From the IMG/VR virus record IMGVR_UViG_3300037804_000399, positions 26,832 to 90,831 of that record: a stretch of 64,000 nt of DNA. One strand, given 5' to 3'. The DNA comes from a virus. The notes beneath the pieces were generated by a model. The model saw only the letters and a program-made list of their open reading frames with translations. It was not told where the DNA came from and ran no database searches. Positions 19,401-29,800 of the stretch are shown piece after piece; the first letter of the stretch is position 1; each line of letters begins with the position of its first letter. A program made the position numbers and the translations under genes.

Positions 19401-22400
19401 TGAACTTTATGATATCCATAAGAAATACATTGGTGTTTCAAAATCAAGATTGTTAGAAGGTGCTATTACAAAAGATCCTAGTACTGGAACATGGGACTTT
19501 GAAAATTTTGTTAGAGAAGTTGCTCACGAAGGATCACACCCTGCAGCAAACTATAAAAACTCACTTTACCCAACTATTCAACACCAACCATTCCTTTGGA
19601 ACTTGGTAGAAAAACTTGCGGTTGTTTTCCCTTCAGTATTGTTTACTGTATTAGTAGGAGAAGGTGAAGAAGTTTTAAACCGTTTAAGTCAAATAGATGA
19701 ATTTGGTAACTTGATTGACAGTTGGAAACATACTCACCAAGAGTTTATGTCATACCAAACTAGATATGAAGCTTCTACTAATACAGGAATTGCTTCAATA
19801 AGCGATCCGCAGATTGATAGAGATGGTCCATTTAATCCAGATGCGTTAAAAGAATTAATTAAATCAAATGCTGAACCTCTTTCAGATAAGAGTTCGTTCG
19901 GAAATGATTTTGTTGAAATCTTTAGAAATGATTATTACGGATACGCATCTGTGTTCTCAGATTTTTATTTCCTACAAGCTGAAAAAGCAAAGATTCAATT
20001 TCACTTGGATCGCATTGACGGTGTAAAAGAATTTGATATTGTTGGAATACCAACAGGAGATGAAGATTTATTTGGATTGAGAAATCAAAAGATCTTTCAA
20101 TTTGCTGCTGATCAAAATGAATATCACTATACCCTTTACAAAGATGTAAACATCAAAGATTGCCCTGGACAGCTTTGGGTTCGTTATAATAATTTCCCAT
20201 TCTCATTTCCAGTTGCTGTCGACCAAACAGATCTTATCACATATGATGATACATTAGTAAGTATTAATCAATTAGAAACTAGAGATGTTTCACTCGTAAA
20301 CGTTATGAATAACTGTTACGATTTTGGAATACAGCAAAACATTATTTGGGCACTTGGAGATAATCACGGCGAACTAACATGGACGGTTTTAAATGTTGGA
20401 TTTACTCTTAATGATGAAGTAAGAACATCTCTTTATACAATCATTAATAACGCAACACCTTATGTATTTTTAGAGAATGAACATTATGTTGGTACTCACT
20501 TTAATGGTGATACTATTATTCTTGTAATTTATAATGAAGAAACAAATAAATTTACAAATAAATATATTGATCTTATCGAATTAGTTTACTTACCTGACAG
20601 AACATATTCTGTAGGTGATGATATGAGATTCTTTAAAGATTCTGATGAAGCGCTTATCCAAGGACATGCTCTTTCAAATACTACAGTAAGAATTTGTCGT
20701 CCAGTTGATCTACCAACCACTCTTCCAGCTACAACTACTACTGAAGGACCAATTATTGTTGTTCCTCCTGCGACTACTCTTGGACCGACTACATTAGCAC
20801 CTCCTACCACATTAGCACCAACAACTACAGTGGGACCAACAACTACAGTGGGACCAACAACTACAACAACTATTTGTCCATCATTAAAAGAAGATCTATT
20901 TGTAAGATGGCAGTATCAATCTTCATATGTTCACGAACAACCTACTCCGAGAGATATAATTGTAAAGGTATATCGTGACCCACTAAGTACATTTACTGGA
21001 GCATTTTCAGTAGCTTATAATACATTAGATGAAGGTGATCCAGGTTCGCAGTGGCCAAGAACTCAATTTCCAGATACAGGCCCTTCAGCTGAGAAAATAA
21101 AAGATTACATACCTAAAGCAGATTTCATTTATTTTGCAGAAGGTCAAATGGAAGCGGAAGTAAAAATTACTATTCTTCCAAGTGCTCAACCAGAAAATGC
21201 AGAATATTTCTATATTAGAATGACTGATTTCTTATTCAACGATTGTTGTGAAGTTAATTCAAATGTGGTTGAACAGAATCCGCATATGATTTTAATAACA
21301 GATAGATGTTGCCCTTGTCCTGAAACTACTTCTACTACAAGTACATCTACTTCAACATCTACTTCAACAAGTACTTCAACAAGTACTTCAACATCTACAA
21401 GTACTTCAACATCTACTTCAACAAGTACAAGTACTTCAACAAGTACTTCAACAAGTACTTCAACAAGTACTTCAACAAGTACTTCAACAAGTACTTCAAC
21501 ATCTACAAGTACTTCAACAAGTACTTCTACATCTACAAGTACATCTACTTCTACATCTACAAGTACATCTACTTCTACTTCAACAAGTACATCTACTTCT
21601 ACATCTACTTCTACATCTACAAGTACATCTACATCTACTTCAACAAGTACATCTACTTCTACATCTACTTCTACATCTACAAGTACATCTACATCTACTT
21701 CAACAAGTACATCTACATCTACTTCTACTTCAACAAGTACATCTACTTCTACTTCAACAAGTACATCTACAAGTACATCTACTTCAACAAGTACTTCTAC
21801 ATCAACAAGTACATCTACTTCAACAAGTACCACAACACTAGCACCTACGACAAGTACCACAACAAGTACCTCTACTTCTACTACAAGTACATCAACATCT
21901 ACTTCAACAAGTACATCAACAAGTACAAGTACTTCAACAAGTACATCTACTTCAACATCTACTTCAACAAGTACTTCAACAAGTACATCTACTTCAACAT
22001 CTACTTCAACATCTACTTCAACAAGTACAAGTACTTCAACAAGTACCACAACACTAGCACCTACGACAAGTACAACTAGTACATCTACAACTAGTACATC
22101 TTCAACAAGTACATCTACTACGTTGCCACCAGTATTAAGTTGGAAGTATGTTCCATGTCCGACTACAACAAGTACTTCGACAAGTACTTCAACATCTACA
22201 AGTACAACTACACTTGCACCTACAACAAGTACTTCGACTTCGACTTCAACAAGTACTTCAACAAGTACTTCAACAAGTACTTCAACAAGTACTTCGACAA
22301 GTACAAGTACTTCAACATCTACAACTACACTTGCACCTACAACAAGTACTTCGACTTCAACAAGTACTTCGACAACTACATTAGCTCCTACAACTAGTAC

Positions 22401-23094
22401 GACTACGACTACAACGACTGGTGTACCTACAACAACAACTACTCCGGCTCCAATATTAAGCTATGAGTATGAAGAATGTTTTCCAGTTACAACAACTACT
22501 GCGGCTCCAACAACGACTCCGACTCCAACCACTAGTACAACATCTGCGCCGATGGGAGCAGTTGGAACTCCGAACGGTGATCCGACTATGTTGATAACTC
22601 TAAACTGGACTCCAGGTGACGCTACTAAAAACTATCTAGGAGAAAGCTGGACTCCTGGAGAGACAAAAATAGCTTATTCTTCTGATCCATATAGAAAAGG
22701 AGTTTACACTGGCGGAGCAACTATCGAATCAGAATTCTGGGGAATTAATGCAGCTGGTGTGAACAACGATAAATTTGTATTAGCAGCATTCATTTCTGCT
22801 GCAGCGGGATATAGACATTATGATAAAGTTCACTATGCTGCTGAAAATGCAAAGATTACAATAGGATCAAATTACACTTTTAATTCTGCACAAGCAAGTT
22901 CAAAAATATTATCCTTTACTCCTGAAGGAAATGCTTTTCCATTTGGAGGTCCGTGGGGTACAGCAATAAATACTGTCAGTAGTGGAATATTAGTAAATAT
23001 TGGCCAAGGATATATTCAACCTCTTCAGTTTTCTGGAATGGTTGCTCTAACAAACGGATTAACAATTTCATGGTCACAAGGAACTGGGTGGTAA
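16417..23094 (+). CDS. Giant baseplate protein (gp7-like N-terminal part) fused to Calx-beta, a mucin-like Ser/Thr stalk and a variable tip domain
   Basis: Follows gp6; HAIIGTNRAVE (KGT-like motif); Calx-beta-like SVAYNT...DY......FAEGQ....ITI...E.AE.F; long (TS)n tract. Confidence 0.65.
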   Translation: MVDKKGSDFNQGELLKKYINNPEWIRTYETLWNTLETSTQLVGAEIHEKTRNYVQNLRDIDLCETKALRSIVTELQVDNMEIVDALPKEIQRLVDIFSINPSLLLTDGMVFEDYMETFEAEVQAIYAKYFPTQFFLRQFEFDDAEVKWNNQPIEEFVDRYACKVVNIINKYKEESESDIDELDITNEMLFDSSEPRFYDSSDVDFVGTLEGVIQNTIADRLYDQFSTDIETGIYRQSISEDGDNPVFGDVFGFTWIVDDENFMKVQIKANIETIFKAFNDSVILGESYYVPFQVFTVTQLSITSGLILPEHVSKTYTRSKVILNGVATFIDDEDISEWMALIVRRFEDSSFFIDDAESKIESLEYVQFRQKFPPTVTEYINLVDPAATEIDESFVWDIIGLDPLNEERDVLYHECYAGKTMLDLFIIAQFTDTLYKHWLEESYQSLVENILDQNFEFGTDADYKYRGVYQIIGDDAKTELDALAPSQFEKDHYLITLTNEVEQFFVYNGLEWLEQCPFRDLDRITEAAAESLLDTCKRIRLQRNNLKEIAQRHAIIGTNRAVESVFTDYVLRSFTQLEDWEMTTVTDDRNWRLVGAITLQDYEQTAAGLYVDDDIKIGTYKRVLVANQYTDYVVFRSKQTSTLVATEIGLSDEFEFNTDSVYNLNDILPSLGTLDSKVKVIEYWDTTEYFNIEPTETKYLTGPINKRISMKDVVNITDDGDLEIAETGELVEFIEGQSKYQIFNQYLDKGNPQYWNDNKETNYSTSRENSINFSDEEVSERKRFMGSYSPIDLVFSAGLSRIETPGPLRSSDIQAGDYYDVNFTVPDFANTAYTAAQLAAVDANATNGLDAMDLIQQEAYYTNLYSSLDDQEIFDDGAQWILSYKRGDAEKAEGLTFDDAKDWDPENVLHQTYILKRARTKAIRFWGQGADINFMSFKFDNWFKISLEEWLINNQDKHMTQFWNDVGMKGDWEADIRPILDQYWNMHASSGYLDTELYDIHKKYIGVSKSRLLEGAITKDPSTGTWDFENFVREVAHEGSHPAANYKNSLYPTIQHQPFLWNLVEKLAVVFPSVLFTVLVGEGEEVLNRLSQIDEFGNLIDSWKHTHQEFMSYQTRYEASTNTGIASISDPQIDRDGPFNPDALKELIKSNAEPLSDKSSFGNDFVEIFRNDYYGYASVFSDFYFLQAEKAKIQFHLDRIDGVKEFDIVGIPTGDEDLFGLRNQKIFQFAADQNEYHYTLYKDVNIKDCPGQLWVRYNNFPFSFPVAVDQTDLITYDDTLVSINQLETRDVSLVNVMNNCYDFGIQQNIIWALGDNHGELTWTVLNVGFTLNDEVRTSLYTIINNATPYVFLENEHYVGTHFNGDTIILVIYNEETNKFTNKYIDLIELVYLPDRTYSVGDDMRFFKDSDEALIQGHALSNTTVRICRPVDLPTTLPATTTTEGPIIVVPPATTLGPTTLAPPTTLAPTTTVGPTTTVGPTTTTTICPSLKEDLFVRWQYQSSYVHEQPTPRDIIVKVYRDPLSTFTGAFSVAYNTLDEGDPGSQWPRTQFPDTGPSAEKIKDYIPKADFIYFAEGQMEAEVKITILPSAQPENAEYFYIRMTDFLFNDCCEVNSNVVEQNPHMILITDRCCPCPETTSTTSTSTSTSTSTSTSTSTSTSTSTSTSTSTSTSTSTSTSTSTSTSTSTSTSTSTSTSTSTSTSTSTSTSTSTSTSTSTSTSTSTSTSTSTSTSTSTSTSTSTSTSTSTSTSTSTSTSTSTSTSTSTSTSTSTSTSTSTSTSTSTSTSTSTSTSTSTSTSTSTSTSTTTLAPTTSTTTSTSTSTTSTSTSTSTSTSTSTSTSTSTSTSTSTSTSTSTSTSTSTSTSTSTSTSTSTSTSTTTLAPTTSTTSTSTTSTSSTSTSTTLPPVLSWKYVPCPTTTSTSTSTSTSTSTTTLAPTTSTSTSTSTSTSTSTSTSTSTSTSTSTSTSTSTTTLAPTTSTSTSTSTSTTTLAPTTSTTTTTTTGVPTTTTTPAPILSYEYEECFPVTTTTAAPTTTPTPTTSTTSAPMGAVGTPNGDPTMLITLNWTPGDATKNYLGESWTPGETKIAYSSDPYRKGVYTGGATIESEFWGINAAGVNNDKFVLAAFISAAAGYRHYDKVHYAAENAKITIGSNYTFNSAQASSKILSFTPEGNAFPFGGPWGTAINTVSSGILVNIGQGYIQPLQFSGMVALTNGLTISWSQGTGW
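21325..22440 (+). repeat. Low-complexity coding repeat for (Thr-Ser)n with TTTLAP spacers
   Basis: Mosaic of ACA/ACT with AGT/TCA/TCT codons; about 500 nt of nearly uninterrupted TS dipeptide to ~21830. Confidence 0.95.
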
Positions 23095-23095
23095 A

Positions 23096-24019
23096 ATGGC
23101 AGATTTATATTTAGATGCAGATTACGGAAACTTTATAAGACATTTAGGAATATGCTACATGTTAGAAGATCCTGACTTTGTAACCCCTCCGGACTTTGCA
23201 GGTCCACCAGACGAGGTTGGATTTACTGATTGTGATGATTGTGAATCAACTCCTATTACAACAACCACTCTCGGACCTACAACAAGTACTACACCAGCAC
23301 CATTGTCAATTGTAGGACCAGTTAACGGCGATGGAACAATGCTAATTAAATTAGAATGGACGTCAACTGCAGTTGCAAGTGTTTCTATAGCCAGTCCTTC
23401 TCAAATTACTACATCTGCTGTTCACAATTACGAAACAGGAGATTCGATTACTATTAGTGGAACAGATACTACGCCGTCAATAAACGGAACACATATAGTA
23501 ACAAAAATAGATGCTAACAACTTTACTATTCCAGTCAATGTTACTGCAGTAGTTTCTGGTGTAGGAGCAACTGAATTTGCAACTGTTCCATTTGTAGGAG
23601 GTAGTTGGACAAACGGCGAAACTAAAAAAGTTTATTCACAGGCAGGTGGGTATGTATATGAAACTAGTTATTATCCTTCAATTACCTCATACTCTGGATC
23701 AGCTGAAAGATGGGTAAGAGTGGTAAGCGGAGACACATTTAGAGTAGGAGGATTCGAAAAGCAATTAGGAACTTTCGCGGGTAAAATCAGTGACGGAAAT
23801 TTAATAGTCAAAGGATTGCATGGAGCAAATTTGTATATGGATAACTATACTAATGGATCATATGGATTTGCTGGCACTCCTACAAGTGATAATATAGCAA
23901 GTAAAGCACTGGCTGCTGCTGGTATCGTGAGAGGATTCCCATGTGGAGCTCCTCAAAAATCATCTTCATTCGTTACTACGCATGATATAACTATAACATG
24001 GTCTCCACAAGGATGGTAA
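23096..24019 (+). CDS. Putative appendage/adhesin protein (Cys N-module + variable tip domain)
   Basis: MADLYLDADYG...ICY...GPPD..F.DCDDC; ...SWTNGETK...ITWSPQGW. Confidence 0.55.
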   Translation: MADLYLDADYGNFIRHLGICYMLEDPDFVTPPDFAGPPDEVGFTDCDDCESTPITTTTLGPTTSTTPAPLSIVGPVNGDGTMLIKLEWTSTAVASVSIASPSQITTSAVHNYETGDSITISGTDTTPSINGTHIVTKIDANNFTIPVNVTAVVSGVGATEFATVPFVGGSWTNGETKKVYSQAGGYVYETSYYPSITSYSGSAERWVRVVSGDTFRVGGFEKQLGTFAGKISDGNLIVKGLHGANLYMDNYTNGSYGFAGTPTSDNIASKALAAAGIVRGFPCGAPQKSSSFVTTHDITITWSPQGW

Positions 24020-24020
24020 T

Positions 24021-24554
24021 ATGGCAGATTTAAAATTAGATGCGGATTACGGAAATGTTGTAAGACATAATGCAATCTGTTATATACTTGATAGAGTAGA
24101 GGCTGGCGTTGCTGACTTTGCAGGTCCACCAGAAGGAATTAATTTTGATGATTGTGACGAATGTCACAATGCACCATTTCCACCTATGTCACTTGTGACA
24201 TTAGAGCAAACAGGCGTTCTCGTTGAAGGCGACCCACTTGGTCAGCTAGTAGGTAATTTTGTTATAACTGGAGGAAAGTTTCCGTTTACCATTGCACTCA
24301 TAGTCGGAGTTGATGATGATGACAATGCACATTATCAGATTAACGGCAATGATCTCGAATTAAGTAACACTGGAGGAACCGTAACACCTTCAAGTTCTAT
24401 TAGAGTGGAAGTAACAGATGCTCTAGGTAATAAATTAGAATCAGTTATAACTGTAATTGTTGCTCCTATCTTAGGTACAAAAACTATTACATTAACACCA
24501 GGTGATAACTTATTTGATTATGATTTTAATGAACCAGTAGGAACATTAAACTAA
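24021..24554 (+). CDS. Putative appendage protein (Cys N-module + cadherin-like domain)
   Basis: MADLKLDADYG...ICY...CDEC; ALIVGVDDDDNAHYQINGNDL cadherin-like repeat. Confidence 0.55.
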   Translation: MADLKLDADYGNVVRHNAICYILDRVEAGVADFAGPPEGINFDDCDECHNAPFPPMSLVTLEQTGVLVEGDPLGQLVGNFVITGGKFPFTIALIVGVDDDDNAHYQINGNDLELSNTGGTVTPSSSIRVEVTDALGNKLESVITVIVAPILGTKTITLTPGDNLFDYDFNEPVGTLN

Positions 24555-24583
24555 TGAATACAATTAATAAAGGAATGGTATAA

Positions 24584-25564
24584 ATGGCTGATGTATATAG
24601 TATAGCACCAGATCCTCAAGGTTTAGGTAGAGATGTTGATAATTTAAAATTTAGCATAGAGATTCCAAATACATTAAATGTATCTGTAGCGGGACCTTAT
24701 CCAGCCGGCACTTATAAGGTTACGGTAAAAGTAGTTGATGATGTTACTATGGAATTTGGGTATGGATTTTTCAATGTAGTTATATATGCTTCCATTACAG
24801 ATTTTATACTTAATCAAACAAATACTCCTAACGAAGGAGATCCAATCAGTACCTTAATAGGTGACTTACAAGTTACTGGAGGAACCGCCCCTTTTGTTTT
24901 TGCACTAATAGCTGGATTTGGAGACGGAGACAATCCCCATTATCAAATAAATCTTGCGGATTTAGAACTAAGTGGTACTGGTGGATCTACAGAACCTACA
25001 GATTCAATTTACGCAAGAGTGACTGATGCAAATGGTGACGAAGCATTTGACAACTTTATTATAAACTTAGATGCTCCTGGTGCTCCATTAGCAACAATAG
25101 GAACTCCAAATGCTGACCCTACATTGTTTATTAAAGTAGAATCTGCAAATGCTGGAGGTACTGCATTATTTCCTTATAATTTCCTAGATGAAGATTTTAC
25201 TGACGGTGAAACAAAAGAAGTATATGGAACTTATGTTAATGTAGCTCTATTAAAATCTTGGACTATTGGAGCTGGTGATGATAGCGTCACAATAGCTGAT
25301 GATAAAGTAGTATCACCAGCATCATATACTGTTATAACTGCAAACTCCGCTAGTGAGAATCTTCGCCGAGGAAAAGACAACGGTGATTTTGTTTGGGGTG
25401 GATATTTTGCTCCAGATGCTAGTGTAAATGTAGTTAGTACTACCATCGTAGCTGCCACTCCTAATGATGTATTAGATGCTAGCAATTATGGCGAAGTTGT
25501 ATTTGACATTTCGGGTGGCGGGAATCATGTTAAAATAACAATAAGCGAAGGAAATGGTTGGTAA
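24584..25564 (+). CDS. Putative appendage protein (cadherin-like + variable tip domain)
   Basis: FALIAGFGDGDNPHYQIN; GTPNADPT...FTDGETK...ISEGNGW. Confidence 0.55.
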   Translation: MADVYSIAPDPQGLGRDVDNLKFSIEIPNTLNVSVAGPYPAGTYKVTVKVVDDVTMEFGYGFFNVVIYASITDFILNQTNTPNEGDPISTLIGDLQVTGGTAPFVFALIAGFGDGDNPHYQINLADLELSGTGGSTEPTDSIYARVTDANGDEAFDNFIINLDAPGAPLATIGTPNADPTLFIKVESANAGGTALFPYNFLDEDFTDGETKEVYGTYVNVALLKSWTIGAGDDSVTIADDKVVSPASYTVITANSASENLRRGKDNGDFVWGGYFAPDASVNVVSTTIVAATPNDVLDASNYGEVVFDISGGGNHVKITISEGNGW

Positions 25565-25579
25565 TCTGCCTTTGTGATG

Positions 25580-25607
25580 TAACAAACATTCCTCAATACT
25601 AGAATAT
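25580..25607 (+). promoter_or_regulatory. Class-2 promoter for sulfotransferase 1
   Basis: TAACAA-N16-GAATAT, matching the motif before the polymerase, gp55, gp47 and groEL genes. Confidence 0.5.
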
Positions 25608-25639
25608 AATTAAATTGTAAATGTATTGAGGAATAAAAA

Positions 25640-26770
25640 ATGATTATAGTAAGTGGATGCCCTAGATCTGGAACTAGTTTAACTATGGATATTCTTCGTA
25701 AGGCGACTGGCGAAGAGAACATGATTGCTTCAAAATTTCCACAGAAAAGAGAGTTAGAAATCACAAGAGGGGAGGACGAATCAGATAGTGATTTCCAAAT
25801 ACGAAATTATTTGTTTCAAAAATTCAAACGTCCAGATAGAGATGATGATTATACTGACATGAATCCAAACGGATTTTGGGAATGTAAATTTTCTGTATTA
25901 GGAGTCGGAGCTGAATACGGGTCAAGACTATTCAATTATCACTCTGCAAAGTTTACCGAAACACTATTAGACACTGGTAAAGATAAAATTTGTAAAATCG
26001 TAAGTCAAGGTTTAATGTCATCCGATGTAAGATATATTGATAAAGTAATTTATTTAATAAGACATCCTAGAAACGTTGCAAAATCTCATGAAAGATTAAA
26101 GAGAGGGTTTGATGTTAAAGTAAATGGCAAGAAGCAAAATATATTTGAAGGATTGACCATACACACTCCTGAGATGTATATAGGAGTTACCATTCAAGCT
26201 TGTAGATGGATTTTAGAAAATCCAACCGTGCCAATATTATTTGTTAACTTTGATGATTTGTTATCTAACCCAACTGAAACAATTGACACTATTGCAGAGT
26301 TTGTCGAGTTCGGAGATTTTGAAAAATCTAAAACTATTGTAGATCCAGTGTTGAATAGAAGTAAAATTCAAGACATCGAACATGTGCTTTGGGAAGATGC
26401 TGAATTTGTTTATGAACAGTTTAATAAACAAAACTATCAGGAAATATTAGATTACTTCGAAGATCCTACAAGAGCATATAGAAAATACACAGATAAATTT
26501 ATTTGCACTAGAACAAATGATGAAGTAACCAATCGTGATTGTCAGAGTTGTTTATCGAGTGACGTAGTCAAATACAATAAAAAAGTATTAGCCAATCACA
26601 AACAGATTGATTATTTAAAAGAACCTTGTATGTATGAATGCGGAAAGAATGTTGATACTGATTCATATAAAACCATTGAAGAAAGTATTAAAAACCATAC
26701 TTGGGATAATGGAAAGAAAATAATAGACGGAAAACTGGATGTTATTCCTAGTGGAAATACTTTAGGATAA
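25640..26770 (+). CDS. PAPS-dependent sulfotransferase with C-terminal Cys domain
   Basis: 5'-PSB loop SGCPRSGTS; NPNGFWE; 3'-PB YLIRHPRNVAKS; FDDLLSNP. Confidence 0.85.
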   Translation: MIIVSGCPRSGTSLTMDILRKATGEENMIASKFPQKRELEITRGEDESDSDFQIRNYLFQKFKRPDRDDDYTDMNPNGFWECKFSVLGVGAEYGSRLFNYHSAKFTETLLDTGKDKICKIVSQGLMSSDVRYIDKVIYLIRHPRNVAKSHERLKRGFDVKVNGKKQNIFEGLTIHTPEMYIGVTIQACRWILENPTVPILFVNFDDLLSNPTETIDTIAEFVEFGDFEKSKTIVDPVLNRSKIQDIEHVLWEDAEFVYEQFNKQNYQEILDYFEDPTRAYRKYTDKFICTRTNDEVTNRDCQSCLSSDVVKYNKKVLANHKQIDYLKEPCMYECGKNVDTDSYKTIEESIKNHTWDNGKKIIDGKLDVIPSGNTLG

Positions 26771-26885
26771 TATTTTTAGGATATGGTTAATATATTCAAA
26801 GAATAATAAGTAAATAAGGATACTGTAACAATATTTTTGGAATACTTATGACTCGAGAATATATTAACCACATGGACAAATTATA

Positions 26886-29800
26886 ATGGCAAATATTTAT
26901 TTAGATACTGATACTCACGGAGAGTATATAAAACATAATGATATTTGTTACAAGCGTGTAGGTCCGAGTACCACTGAGCCAGCAACTGTATTTGGAGCTC
27001 CTGATGAGACTGGATTTGCAGATTGTGACGATTGTGAGTTTGATCCCCCTGTATTCTTCGGAGAGTTTGATTATGAAACTGAAGAAGAAGGAAGTCTCAC
27101 TGCATTTACTGCTACCGCTACCGATACTGACACATATGAAATAATAGAACAACGAGATGAAGCCTTTTTTAACATAAATCCTGTAACTGGAGAAATAGTA
27201 TGGAAAACCGCTCCCGATTTTGATGACGCTAGAGATGAAAATTACGACAACAATTATGTTCTTAGAATACGAGCAACTGGACCAGGTGGACAAACTTTTC
27301 AATTTTATTCTGTTACAGTAACCAATATTTCAGAATTACCTGAATTTTATGGACCATCTACAAGGGAAAGATTTGATGGTTATGATGAAGGAATGACAAT
27401 TACAGCACACGATACAACTTCTTTTTCTATGATAGGCGGAGAAGACATTTCCAAATTTTCGTTAGATCCCACAACGGGCGTTTTAACATTTCTAGCAATA
27501 CCTGATTTTGCTTCCCCTGGTGATTTTGATGCAGATAATGAATATCATGTAACTGTAAGAGCAACGGGACCTGGTGGGTTTGCTGACAGAAACTTTACGA
27601 TATTTATAAGTGAATTTCCAACGGCTAGATGTACTGAATACGGAGCTGATGATATATTAGGAAATTTACCAACTAACACACATCCAACGATAGACTATAA
27701 AATAGAAGGAATGAATTTAGCTGGTGATAAATGGGTTGCTCAATTTGCGAGACTGATGTGTGATAGTAATGGAGTACAGGCTGGAAGATGGTATTCAGTA
27801 AAAGCAAATAGAGGTGCAAGCGGGACCCTAGTTTTCGACACTAACTATATAGAAACAAACTTACGACACCGCTGGACTACAGTAGCTGTTTCTAGTTTAG
27901 GATTTGGAGACGAAGACGTTGGACAATTTTACTTCGATATAGACAAAGATTCTGCAACCATTTTTATGGTGGTAAATTATGGTCTAATTAGACAAGGAAT
28001 ACGTTTCTCTTCTACTTGGAGATCTAATGATTACAAGGATGTCTTTAATCTAGATGGAAATTGGCAACACAGTTTTGATTCTTTAGGAACAAGCGCAACA
28101 TTAATTTCATCAACATGGGATAACTACAATTCTGGAGTGTCTGCTTTAGGAGTACAAGCACCGACAGGAGATTGGACGAATACTGCAACACCAACTTACA
28201 TTGAAGATCAAAAGATAACAGATGCTATGTTCGGAGAAATTGTATTTGACATAGGCTCATCGGGATTTGCCAGTCCGATAAGAGTAAAACTTTCAACTAG
28301 ACGTGGTACAGGAATAAATCCTGATTGGAATGATGTTCCAGCTCCTGTTGCTCCTGAAATAATTGGACCAACAAAATACGTAGTAAATGATGGAGTAATG
28401 CCAGCATTTCAAGTGAATGTAAAGGATAGAACATTTGAACCCACTTATACAATATCCGGTGGAGCCGATGCTGCTCTATTTACTGTTGACGCTAGAGGAT
28501 TTGTAAATTTTAAAGTAGCTACTAATTATTCAGCACCTACTGATGCTGGCGCAAATAACAAATATGATCTTCAAATTACAGCTACAAATGATCAAGGAGC
28601 TGATTCAGAAACTTATGAAATCACTGTTATAGGAGTATCTGGTGTAGTTGGTCCGATACAAACTCTTAATTTTTCTGGTTCGGGAACAACTGATCCAACT
28701 AGTTTAGACAATACAGTATTTGTAAAGTATGTTGGTGGTGGTGGAGAAGGTGTTTCTGCTTTTAATAAAACGTGGAACTCGGGTCAGTTAGGACATGTAT
28801 TTGTTGATTATACAGATGCTAGTCCAAATGGAGAATCCATTGCTATTTCAATTGGTGACTCTGTATTGAACATTTCTGATTTAAGTGATACTGCAATAAT
28901 AGAATTTACAGTACGTGCTGGGTTGACTTTGGACTTAGAAAAGATTTTAGCTCCTTTAGCTGATAATGATACTTCAGTGGGAGTTGAATCTCACACTTTA
29001 GATTTTACATATAATGATTCTATTTCAGATCAGTTTGGTAGAGTTACATTTACAAACGGAGAAGTGTGGGAATTTTTAAGAGGAAGTAATTGGCCTGCTC
29101 CGACAGCGCCAGTATTCACAGGAGCCACAGCTCATAGTCTTACAACAGGATATTCCAATCCGTTCACTGCCACTGCAAATCCAAATACTTATGATCTAAA
29201 TTTTGCAATAACAGGTGGAGCAGATGCAGCTGTGTTTAATATCACATATGACGGCACAGTTACTTTTATAGTTCCTCCTGATTTTTCAGCACCAATAGAT
29301 GCGGGTGCAAATAATGTTTATGATTTGGAAATCACTGCTACTAATGAAACAGGATCCACTGTACAAGCCTTTACTGTGACTGTGAATGATTTTACATTAC
29401 CAGTTTTTAATGGTCCTTTTGCATTGAACGTAGATGAAGAACAAACAGATATTTTGACAGTTGATGTTCAATTTAATGATTATCCTCCTACTTTTTCAAT
29501 AGTTAGTGGAGTGGATGAAGCTCTATTTGCGGTTGATAATATAACTGGTGTGGTTACATTTATAGCAGCTCCTGACTTTTTAACTCCGTTAGATGTTGGT
29601 GCTAATAATGTTTATGATTTTGAAGTTACAGCAACTAATCCTGCAGGTGATCAGACTCAAGCTTATGTTATAACAGTTGATCAATTACCATTGCCTGTTT
29701 TTACAGGAACGTTTATTCTTGAAATATCGGAAGGGTCAGCAGCTTTTACAGCAGTAGCTACTAACACTCCAACGTTTGCTATAACTGGAGGATTGGATCA

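Noticed and set aside
21210-22049. 279-aa minus-strand V/E/D/L-repeat ORF
   Set aside because: Antisense shadow of the (TS)n codons; all credible genes here are on the + strand
22140-22397. Alternative-frame ORFs (KYFN and QQVL repeats)
   Set aside because: Off-frame readings of the same repeat; no independent evidence
21325-22440. Possible CRISPR array or DGR repeat
   Set aside because: No repeat-spacer structure, no reverse transcriptase, and the repeat is in-frame coding
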